From Planctomycetota bacterium (GTDB lineage: Bacteria; Planctomycetota; B15-G4), in NCBI GenBank assembly GCA_029259745.1, contig JAJDEO010000002.1:53787-117786 (forward strand): a DNA stretch of 64,000 nt, written 5' to 3'. The notes beneath the pieces were generated by a model. It worked only from the letters and a program-made list of their open reading frames with translations, ran no database searches and had not been told where the DNA came from. The first letter of the stretch is position 1. The number at the start of each line of letters is the position of its first letter. A program made the position numbers and the translations under genes. Positions 9,881-17,811 of the stretch are shown in pieces.

Positions 9881-9957
9881 TGGTCGGGGTGACTGGATTC
9901 GAACCAGCGACCTTCTGCTCCCAAAGCAGACGCTCTACCAAACTGAGCCACACCCCG
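9881..9957 (-). tRNA. tRNA-Pro (anticodon TGG) with encoded CCA
   Basis: Hand-folded cloverleaf: acceptor CGGGGTG/CACCCCG, D-stem GCTC/GAGC, anticodon stem TCTGC/GCAGA with loop TTTGGGA, T-arm GCTGG-TTCGAAT-CCAGT, discriminator A, then CCA. Confidence 0.85.
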
Positions 9958-9988
9958 ACGGTGTGGGGGCATTGTAGGGGGCGGGGCG

Positions 9989-11467
9989 GTGGAGGCAATC
10001 GTCTCAAGGGGTGGGGCGTCGGGGGCCGACCGGGATGGGATGGAACTCTCGCGCGATGGGCTGCTGAGGTGGGTGGGGCTGCGTCTCGGCGCGGGGGTTC
10101 TGCTCGGTGGGGTGTGCGGGTGTTCGGAGCCTGCGCCTGCGCCGGTGCGTGCGGGGCCGGCGCAGCATCTGTTGCTCGTTGTCGTCGACACGCTGCGGGC
10201 CGATCACGTGGGCGTGCTCGGGGCGGCGCGGGACACGACGCCGCAGCTCGACGCGCTCGCGGAGCGCGGCGTCGTCTTCTCCCAGGCCATCGCGCCGTCG
10301 CCGTGGACGCGGCCCTCGATGGGGACGCTCATGACGGGCCGTCTTCCGCTCGCGCTGGGACTCACGGATCACAACTTCCGCAACCCGCAGACCGACGGGG
10401 ACGTGCTGCCGCAGTCGGCGCTGACGCTCGCCGAGGTCCTCGGCTCGGCCGACTTCGCCACGAGCGGCGTCGTCGCGAACATCAACGTCGAACCCGTCTT
10501 CGGTTTCGACCAGGGCTTCGCCGACTACGTCTCCGTGCCCGCCGAGATGGCCTCCGACCCGGCCTGGCGCGAGCGCAACGACTGGCTCCGCGACACGTCG
10601 TCACGCGTCACGACCCGCGCGCGCGACTGGCTCGCCGACTTCGCCGCCACGAACAGCGTCGACGACCGCGCCTTCCTCTACGTGCACTACCTCGACCCCC
10701 ACGATCCCTACACGCCCGCAGCAAAGTTCGACGCGCTGTTCGACGCCGATCGCTCGTCCGGCAATCCGTGGGCCGAGGACGAGCGCCTCTACGACGCCGA
10801 GATTCGTCAGATCGACGCCGAGGTCGGACGCCTGCTCGACGGGCTCGACGACGCCGGGATCGCCGACGACACCCTCGTCGTCATCGTCTCCGACCACGGT
10901 GAAGAGTTCGGAGACCACGGCGGCACGCGTCATGGCCACAGCGTCTACGACGAACTTCTGCGCGTGCCGTGGATCATGGCCGGCCCCGGCGTCGCGCGCG
11001 AACGACGTCGCGATCAGGTGGGGCTCATCGACGTCATGCCCACCGTCCTCGACGCGCTCGACATCGCGGCGCCGACGGGTCTGCGCGGTACTTCACAACT
11101 CGCCCTGACGCCGACGACCCGCGCCACGCGCAGCTCGGTCAGCGCGGAGCACGCGTCGGCAGCGGTGTTCAGTGAGTCGGCCTACGTCCCGCTCAACGCT
11201 CTGCGCGCACCACCCTGGAAGCTCATCGTCGACACGGAGACGAACGCAGCGTCGCTCTTCAACCTCGCGCGCGATCCCCGCGAACACGACGACGTCGCGG
11301 CGCACCATCCGCACGTCGTGCAGCGCTTGCTCGAACGCTGGCGAGACGAGCGCGCAACATCCGAGCGCAACCGTCTCCCGAGCGACGCGACCAGCACGGG
11401 CCTCTCATCGGCCCAGCGCGAACAGCTCGAAGCGCTCGGCTACATCGGCGACGACCACGCGCGCTGA
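9989..11467 (+). CDS. Sulfatase-like hydrolase (alkaline-phosphatase superfamily), probable lipoprotein
   Basis: LLLVVVDTLRADHVG metal-binding motif and SPWTRPSMGTLMTGR (variant C/S-x-P-x-R region). Signal/lipobox LLGGVCGCS. The start could be the internal ATG near 10037. Confidence 0.65.
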   Translation: MEAIVSRGGASGADRDGMELSRDGLLRWVGLRLGAGVLLGGVCGCSEPAPAPVRAGPAQHLLLVVVDTLRADHVGVLGAARDTTPQLDALAERGVVFSQAIAPSPWTRPSMGTLMTGRLPLALGLTDHNFRNPQTDGDVLPQSALTLAEVLGSADFATSGVVANINVEPVFGFDQGFADYVSVPAEMASDPAWRERNDWLRDTSSRVTTRARDWLADFAATNSVDDRAFLYVHYLDPHDPYTPAAKFDALFDADRSSGNPWAEDERLYDAEIRQIDAEVGRLLDGLDDAGIADDTLVVIVSDHGEEFGDHGGTRHGHSVYDELLRVPWIMAGPGVARERRRDQVGLIDVMPTVLDALDIAAPTGLRGTSQLALTPTTRATRSSVSAEHASAAVFSESAYVPLNALRAPPWKLIVDTETNAASLFNLARDPREHDDVAAHHPHVVQRLLERWRDERATSERNRLPSDATSTGLSSAQREQLEALGYIGDDHAR

Positions 11468-11476
11468 ACGCGCGCG

Positions 11477-11989
11477 CTACAAGTAGCGCGAGTTGATGAC
11501 GTTGATGTGGTGCCGTTCGTGCCCGGCGATGAGGTACGGGATCGAGCGCGCCGACGTCGCGAGGCCGTTGCAGGTGCCGCGCTGCTTCCAGGCCGTGTCG
11601 TCGAAGCTGCGCAGCAGCGTCAACGTGGCGTGACGCACCATCGCCCACTCCGTTTCGATCGAGGCCAGCGTGCGCTCATCGTGGCGGGCGGAGCTGATCC
11701 ACGCGTCGTGATCGAAGCCGGGCAGTGATCCCGTCTCGCCGCGGCCGATGCTCAGCACGCGGTACGCGAAGACGCGCTCACAGTCGCTCAAGTGTCCGAG
11801 GACCTCGCGGATCGACCACTTGTCCGGCGCATACCGAAAGCCGGCCCGCGTCTCCGAGAGACCGCCGATGAGTTCACGTCGCTCGTCGAGCTGCGCCTCG
11901 AGCACCCGAAGCACATCGTCCTCGGGCACGAGATCAACGTAGGGCTGAAAGTACTCGGCGTGATCCGTCGGAGCCGGTCGAGTCAACAT
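11477..11989 (-). CDS. DinB_2/DinB-YfiT-like family protein (four-helix-bundle metalloenzyme family)
   Basis: LGHLSDCERVFAYRV and IAGHERHHINVI histidine motifs in a 170-aa protein. It lies downstream of lexA on the same strand. Confidence 0.6.
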   Translation of the reverse strand: MLTRPAPTDHAEYFQPYVDLVPEDDVLRVLEAQLDERRELIGGLSETRAGFRYAPDKWSIREVLGHLSDCERVFAYRVLSIGRGETGSLPGFDHDAWISSARHDERTLASIETEWAMVRHATLTLLRSFDDTAWKQRGTCNGLATSARSIPYLIAGHERHHINVINSRYL

Positions 11990-12239
11990 GATCGAGATCC
12001 TTCCTGAGCGTTCGCCGAAGCGTATCAGCCTCGCCTGGGCTTCTCACAAGGATCTGCTGCGGACGTACTTCTGCCTTCGTGCGACGTCGGAACGTCACGT
12101 CTGATCCTCAGCGACCCGACCCGAGCCGCCCTCCGGGCAGAAGCACCGCGACGCCTTGCAACGAGGGCCAGGCGTGGCCGCAACAGGTCCTGTGAGGTAT
12201 CCGGCCTGACGCCCCCTTGGCTCCCTCGAGCATGCACTG

Positions 12240-12560
12240 CGCTAGCAGGGTGTTGACGAGCTGCTTCGGATGAGCTGTGCGTGGCCGGGTGCTCCTGAAC
12301 GCGCGTTGAAGAACTCGTTCGGCGCGCGGCACGCGCCCCGCGGCGCTCGCAACAACCCACCCGTTCCTCCGACCCATACACCGCCAAAGCAGGGTGTTGA
12401 CGAGCTGCTTCGGATGAGCTGTGCGTGGCCGGGTGCTCCTGAGAGCGCCTGCAAACGCAGGCGAATCTTCAGATTCGTCGAGGCTTTCAGGCACTCTCAG
12501 GAGTGCCCGGACGCGTGCAGATCGCCGAATCAGCTCGTCAACGCCCTGCGACTAAAAGAC
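12240..12560. repeat. Cluster of nested, structured intergenic repeats (REP/MITE-like), locus A
   Basis: An exact 55-bp direct repeat agcagggtgttgacgagctgcttcggatgagctgtgcgtggccgggtgctcctga occurs at about 12245 and about 12389. It carries the gttgaagaactcgttcgg module, the hairpin module aacgcaggcgaatcTTCAgattcgtcgaggct, and an inverted partial copy near 12518-12549. Confidence 0.8.
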
Positions 12561-12723
12561 GCGGCCCGAGGTTGGTGAAACCCCGAGCCGCGTCAGCATT
12601 GCGAGGGCCGCGGGAGGGAGGGGAATGCGGCCCTAGATCGCAGATGATGGGATCCCGCGAGGGATCGCGTGTCGCTGTGCCTTGGCGTCGTGACGATGTC
12701 ACATGGCGACGCTCGCCGTCCCG

Positions 12724-13332
12724 TCAGATCCTCGTGCGGATGACGCCGATCAGCTTGCCCGTCACCTCGACGTGCGAGACGAGGATCGGTTCCATGGCAT
12801 CGTTGGCTGGCTGCAGGCGTATGTGGTCGTGTTCGCGGTAGAAGCGCTTCAACGTGCTGCGCTTGCCGCCCGTGTCTTCGTCGTCGAGCATCGCGACGAC
12901 GATGTCTCCGTCGCGCGCCGACGTCGTGGGCTTGATCACCACGAGGTCACCGGGACAGATGTGGTCGTTGATCATCGACTCACCTTCGACGCGCAGCAGG
13001 AAGCAGCCGTCGTCGGCGCTCGCGAGATCGTCGAGCGTGAACGTCTCGGTGTCTTCGATCGCCTCGATCGCAGCACCAGCCGCGATGCGCCCCTTGACCG
13101 CGAGCTGCGAGCTGCCCGTCACCTCGTCTTCGACGAGCGTGATCGACCGCGCCATGTTCGGCGTCTTGCGGATCGCACCCTTCTTCTCCAGCGCGTTCAC
13201 GTGCTCGTAGATCGTGATCTTCGAGACGCCGAAGAACTGCGACATCTCATCGAGCGTGGGTGAGACGCCCTTGTCCTCGATGTAGTCGCGGACGAAGTTC
13301 AGGACGGCAAGCTGCTTCTCGGTCAGGAACAT
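12724..13332 (-). CDS. lexA: LexA repressor (SOS transcriptional regulator, S24 peptidase)
   Basis: N-terminal winged HTH LTEKQLAVLNFVRDYIEDKGVSPTLDEM..KGAI and C-terminal autoprotease VEGESMI..ICPGDLVVIKP with KRF. Clean ATG start. Confidence 0.9.
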   Translation of the reverse strand: MFLTEKQLAVLNFVRDYIEDKGVSPTLDEMSQFFGVSKITIYEHVNALEKKGAIRKTPNMARSITLVEDEVTGSSQLAVKGRIAAGAAIEAIEDTETFTLDDLASADDGCFLLRVEGESMINDHICPGDLVVIKPTTSARDGDIVVAMLDDEDTGGKRSTLKRFYREHDHIRLQPANDAMEPILVSHVEVTGKLIGVIRTRI

Positions 13333-13824
13333 GGTGCGAGTCCAGAGGTCAGATAAGGGCGGCGGCGACGAGCATCAAGACCATGGTGCTGACGGCGAGC
13401 ACTTCGCCGCCGACCACGTTTCGCAGGATGGCCGGGCGGCGGAAGATCCGCGGAGCCACCAGTGGTGCGGTCAATGGCCGTGCGAGTGTCGGCACGGCTG
13501 TGGCGCGCAGAGCGACAGCCCAGCGCGAGACGGCGCTCGGCCCACGACGATGGAGTGCGCGGCCCAGACTGGCGCGTGACGCGCCTCCTCCGGCAAGGGC
13601 GCCGTGGCGCTCGGGCATCAAGAGTGGAGCAGTCGTGGTGGACATCGTGCACCTCCAAGAGGGGGCGGTGTTCAGCGCGCGGACCGCCTGGGCGCCAGGC
13701 GGTGACGGAGCCAGTCGGCCCGCGAGGTTCTGACCAAGATGTGCGCGTCGGGCTGGGTGTCGCCGTCAGCGCGGGTGATACGAAGCAAGGGTGGGACGGT
13801 CGTGACGCGAGCGCCACTCAAGCC

Positions 13825-13893
13825 GTTAGGCCTGTTTTACCCTAACATCGGCTGAACGCGAGGGGGCTTGAGGAGAATGTTAGGGTTGTTTTC
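13825..13893. promoter_or_regulatory. Candidate operator/promoter region between divergent lexA-side and nadB-side genes
   Basis: AT-enriched patch containing the palindrome GTTAGG-N10-CCTAAC (13825..13846) and a second GTTAGGnnTGTTTT copy (about 13879..13893). A third TTAGG lies near 13924. Confidence 0.3.
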
Positions 13894-14299
13894 GGTGCGG
13901 AGTGTATCTCCCGGAATGGCAAGGGTTTAGGTCGGGTGCGGTTCTTTGGGTTCGGTGCCGGGCGGGCGAGGTCCGGCGGCGGGTCGCCCGCCCGGGGGCG
14001 CGCCGACCCGAACATCGCGTGATTGCCGGACAGCTCGCTTTCGGTTGCCGGGCAGCGCGGCAGCACGCGCGGGCATGGCTCGTCACCAGCGCGTGCCCGT
14101 GTCGCCAGGGGGCGTCGGCCGTTCGATGACGTGTGCCGGCTCGGCGGCGGCGCGCGGCGTGTCGGCGCGCCCGGCCGGCGCGGCGATGTTTAACGACGAC
14201 ACGCAGGTCGCACGTCTCAGCGACGCGGACGTTACCGTGTGGGCGTCGGCCTGGCCGGTCGACGGCAGTTCATCCCTATCTGCACAGTGCGCCACCGCC

Positions 14300-15979
14300 A
14301 TGACCGACCTGTCCACCGCGACGCCATCTTCCGCGATCCCGCAGCTCGTGATCCCGGGCCCGGAGGTCGCGCGCTTCCTCGTCGAGCTCAACCCGCTGCA
14401 CTTGCCCAGCCATGAGGTCGACGTCGTCGTCGTCGGCGGCGGCGTGGCCGGACTCTCGGCCGCGGTGGCCTCGGCGACATCCGCGGACACGCTCGTGTTG
14501 CTCAAAGGTGCGCGTGGGCAGAGCAACACGTCGTGGGCGCAAGGCGGCATGGCCGCGGTGCTCAGCCCGAAGGACTCCATCGACAGCCACGTCGCCGACA
14601 CGGCACGTCTCGCTGGCGGCCTCGGCCACGACGACGTCATCCGCTCGATCGTCGCCGACGGCCCCGACATCGTGTCGCAGTGGATCGAGTGGGGCGGCGA
14701 GTTCGATCGCGATGCGTCAGGCAACCTACTCCTCGCGATGGAAGGCGGTCACTCGCACGAACGCATCATCCACGCCAACGGCGACCAGACCGGCGCCGAG
14801 ATCCAGCGCCTGCTCATCGCGCGCGCGCAGCTGAGTCAACGCATCTCCGTCATGGAGGAGACGTTCGTCCTCGATCTGATCAAGGACGAGGGCGTCGTGC
14901 GCGGTGTGCTGGCGTGGTCGCAGCAGCAGGGTTTCTTCGCAGTCTGGGCCGGGTCGGTGATCCTTGCGACAGGCGGCGGCGGTCAGCTCTACCGCGAGAC
15001 GACGAACCCGAAGGACGCCACGATGGACGGCGTCGCCATGGCTTACCGGGCAGGTGCCGAGGTGCGCGGCCTCGAGTTCGTCCAGTTCCACCCGACGGCG
15101 CTCTACGTCGCCGGGATGGCGCGTTTCCTCGTCAGTGAGACGGCGCGCGGTGAGGGCGGCGTGCTGCGCGATCGCAACGGCGACGCGTTCATGCAGAACT
15201 ACCACCCCGACGCCGAACTCGCGCCGCGCGATGTCGTCTCGCGCGCGATCGTGCGCCACTTGGGCATCGTCCGCGACAGCAACGTCTGGCTCGACATGCA
15301 GCACCTCGACGAGGCCCACCTGCGCAAGCGTTTCCCCGTCATCAACAAGGCCTGCGTCGAGTTCGGCATCGACATGTCCAAGGAGATGATCCCCGTGCAC
15401 CCGGCCTGTCACTACATGGTCGGAGGCGTGCGCGCGGACGCCGACGGGCGCACGACGCTCGAGGCGCTCTACGCCTGCGGCGAGGTGGCCTGCACCGGCT
15501 TCCATGGCGCCAACCGCATGGGCAGCAACTCGTTGCTCGAGGGCGCCGTGTGCGGCTGGCGCGCGGGGCGCCACGCGGCCGAGGCCAAGCGCAAGCCCTC
15601 GGCGCGCGCCGCCATCCAAGAAACCGAACGGCGCGCCCACCCCGGGCTCCTCGACCTTCCCGACCTCGACAACGCGATGCGCTCACTGATGTGGCGCATC
15701 GTCGGAATCGAACGCGACGCGCCGGGTCTCGCGGCGGCGCGTAGCCGACTCGAGAAGTGGAACCACCTGCTCGCCTCGCGCGTGTTCAGCACTCCCGAAG
15801 GATGGGTGCTGACGAACAAGATGCTGGCTGCCAGAATGGTGACCGAGGCTGCGAGCACGCGCTTCGAGAGTCGTGGCACTCACTACAGGCGCGATCACGA
15901 GGGCGTCGACGACGACCACTGGCGCAAGGATCTCTGTTTCGTGCGCCCCGACCGCGCCGAACATTCCGCGTCTTCATGA
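14300..15979 (+). CDS. nadB: L-aspartate oxidase-like FAD flavoprotein (NadB/SdhA family)
   Basis: FAD-binding VVVVGGGVAGLSAAV, SWAQGGMAAV, HSHERIIHANGDQTGAEI and C-terminal RFESRGTHYRRD. The track ORF begins at 13946 with a low-complexity N-terminus, so the start was chosen at an internal ATG (559 aa). Confidence 0.6.
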   Translation: MTDLSTATPSSAIPQLVIPGPEVARFLVELNPLHLPSHEVDVVVVGGGVAGLSAAVASATSADTLVLLKGARGQSNTSWAQGGMAAVLSPKDSIDSHVADTARLAGGLGHDDVIRSIVADGPDIVSQWIEWGGEFDRDASGNLLLAMEGGHSHERIIHANGDQTGAEIQRLLIARAQLSQRISVMEETFVLDLIKDEGVVRGVLAWSQQQGFFAVWAGSVILATGGGGQLYRETTNPKDATMDGVAMAYRAGAEVRGLEFVQFHPTALYVAGMARFLVSETARGEGGVLRDRNGDAFMQNYHPDAELAPRDVVSRAIVRHLGIVRDSNVWLDMQHLDEAHLRKRFPVINKACVEFGIDMSKEMIPVHPACHYMVGGVRADADGRTTLEALYACGEVACTGFHGANRMGSNSLLEGAVCGWRAGRHAAEAKRKPSARAAIQETERRAHPGLLDLPDLDNAMRSLMWRIVGIERDAPGLAAARSRLEKWNHLLASRVFSTPEGWVLTNKMLAARMVTEAASTRFESRGTHYRRDHEGVDDDHWRKDLCFVRPDRAEHSASS

Positions 15980-16037
15980 CGACGACCGCGCGCGCGAGTC
16001 GTCCGCCCCGCACGCCCGGCGTGCACGACGGAGAGGT

Positions 16038-17345
16038 GTGATTCGGCAGGACGACAATCACCATTACGACACCACGAAGCTCCCCGAGAAGGCGGTGCTG
16101 TTCGGCGTCGTCACCGACGACTCCGCGATCGAACGCGAGCGGTTGTCCGAGCTGGCCGGGCTTGCCGAGGCGGCCGACGTCAGCGTCGCCGGACGGCTCG
16201 TGCAACGGCTCGCCAAGCCGCGTCCGTCGACGTTCCTCGGCTCGGGCAAGGTCGAGGAACTCAAGACGCTCGTGCGCTCGACGGATGCCGACCTCGCCAT
16301 CGCCGACATGGACCTCACACCGGCCCAGGTGCGCAACCTCACGAAGGTCGTCGGCCGGCGCGTGATCGACCGCTCCGAACTCATCATGGACATCTTCGCC
16401 GTGCGAGCGCGCACCTCGCAGGCAAAGCTCCAGGTCGAGCTGGCGCAGCTCAAGTACGCGCTCCCGCGCCTCCGCGGTCAGTGGTCGCACCTCGACCGCT
16501 ACACCGGCGGTGGGGTGGGGACGCGCGGGCCCGGTGAGAAGCAGCTCGAGACGGACCGGCGGCTCGTCAACAAGCGCATCCGCGATCTCGAGCGGCGGCT
16601 CGAGGTCTACGAGCGACGCAAGCGGCTGACGCTCGAAGGACGCCGCGACGCTCAGAAGGTCGCCCTCGCGGGCTACACGAACACCGGCAAGTCGACGCTC
16701 TTCAATCGCGTCACTGCCGGCGAGGTCTACGCCGCGAACCGACTCTTCGCCACGCTCGACACGCGCACGCGCAAGTGGCCGATCGAACCCGACTACAGCG
16801 TGCTGCTCTCCGACACGGTGGGCTTCGTGCGCGACCTCCCGCCGCACCTCGTCGCGTCATTCCACGCCACGCTCGAGGAGGTCATCGAGGCCGACCTCGT
16901 GCTGCACATCGTCGATGCGACGGACGAGTTCGCCGCCGAGCGGATCGCGACGGTCGACCACGTCATGACGTCGATCGGCGCCGGCGAGATCCCGCGCATC
17001 ACGGTGTTCAACAAGGTCGATGCCGTGCGCGACCCGATGGAGCTGCGCGCCGTCCTCAACGCTCACCCGGGCTCGGTGCAGACGTCGGCGCGCACCGGCG
17101 TCGGGCTCGACGAACTCGGCGCACGCGTGAAGGACTTCTTCAGCGGCTACATGCACGAGTACGAGCTGGTCATGCCCATCACGGATGGCCGTGCCCACGC
17201 GGAAGTGCGACGCTTCGCGACGGTGCTCGACACGAACGCGTCCGACGAAAGTCTGATCTTCCGCCTGCGCGTCGAGCAGCGACGGCTCGGCAAGCTGCGC
17301 GCATGGGCGCGCGACTCAGGACTCGTCCTCGCCGAGCCCGAGTAG
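16038..17345 (+). CDS. hflX: GTPase HflX
   Basis: HflX N-domain (LVRSTDADLAIADMDLTPAQVRNL) and G-domain GYTNTGKSTLFN / DTVGF / NKVD. GTG start preceded by GGAGAGG, which gives 435 aa. Confidence 0.85.
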   Translation: MIRQDDNHHYDTTKLPEKAVLFGVVTDDSAIERERLSELAGLAEAADVSVAGRLVQRLAKPRPSTFLGSGKVEELKTLVRSTDADLAIADMDLTPAQVRNLTKVVGRRVIDRSELIMDIFAVRARTSQAKLQVELAQLKYALPRLRGQWSHLDRYTGGGVGTRGPGEKQLETDRRLVNKRIRDLERRLEVYERRKRLTLEGRRDAQKVALAGYTNTGKSTLFNRVTAGEVYAANRLFATLDTRTRKWPIEPDYSVLLSDTVGFVRDLPPHLVASFHATLEEVIEADLVLHIVDATDEFAAERIATVDHVMTSIGAGEIPRITVFNKVDAVRDPMELRAVLNAHPGSVQTSARTGVGLDELGARVKDFFSGYMHEYELVMPITDGRAHAEVRRFATVLDTNASDESLIFRLRVEQRRLGKLRAWARDSGLVLAEPE

Positions 17346-17477
17346 GCCCCGGTCCTCACAGCGATCTCTGCTGCGAGCGCGCCTCATCGTGAAGGCGGCG
17401 TTGGGACGATGCGTCCGTGGTCACGCGCCATGCTCTCGCTCCCTTCTCCGCACCAGCTCAAGGCGGATTCGGGCCAC

Positions 17478-17801
17478 TCAGCGCAGGTCGAGCACCTGGC
17501 CGGGGACGATCTCGTAGGGCTGCAGCAAGCCGTTGACGATGGCCAGATCCTCGGCGAAGGCCTCATCGCCGAAGTAGCGCTGGGCCAACGACTCGAGCGT
17601 CTCGCCCTCCTGGACGATGTGGTAGTCGACGCCGGCGATGCGCCCCGAGTCGGGCGCCTCGCCGAACGTCAACACCATGAGGTTCTCATCGTCAGCCACA
17701 GCCGCGACGGCTTCTTCATCGACGGCCGGGATACGCTCGATGACCTCGATCGCGAGGAGCACGATCACCACGAGCAGGCCGACGAGGATGAGCTTGCGCA
17801 C
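17478..17801 (-). CDS. LysM domain membrane-anchored protein
   Basis: N-terminal TM helix, then LysM YHIVQEGETLESLAQRYFGD...LAIVNGL..IVPGQVL. It lies immediately downstream of secDF. Confidence 0.7.
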   Translation of the reverse strand: MRKLILVGLLVVIVLLAIEVIERIPAVDEEAVAAVADDENLMVLTFGEAPDSGRIAGVDYHIVQEGETLESLAQRYFGDEAFAEDLAIVNGLLQPYEIVPGQVLDLR

Positions 17802-17811
17802 GTCTGTGCCG

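Noticed and set aside
9823-10902. 359-aa Arg-rich plus-strand ORF
   Set aside because: It overlaps the tRNA and the sulfatase-like gene in another frame and has very biased Arg/Gly/Ala composition, so it is a spurious high-GC ORF.
12181-12195. ACAGG-T-CCTGT palindrome as a possible LexA box upstream of the DinB_2 gene
   Set aside because: It does not match any LexA box consensus I know, and it occurs once, so it was not reported as a feature.
12245-12443. Possible CRISPR array (identical 55-bp repeats)
   Set aside because: Only two copies are present, the intervening sequence is itself made of other repeat modules rather than unique spacers, and no cas genes are nearby.
12108-12494. 128-aa minus-strand ORF with an internal exact protein repeat (AFRSTRPRTAHPKQLVNTLL twice), plus ORFs 12242..12454 and 12270..12578
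   Set aside because: The protein repeat is just the translation of the duplicated 55-bp DNA repeat. There are no RBS or domain signals, and the region is better explained as non-coding structured repeats.
13349-13645. 98-aa minus-strand ORF directly upstream of lexA (hydrophobic C-terminus)
   Set aside because: Composition is A/R/P-rich with no RBS or homology signal. I kept it only as a caveat for locating the lexA promoter.
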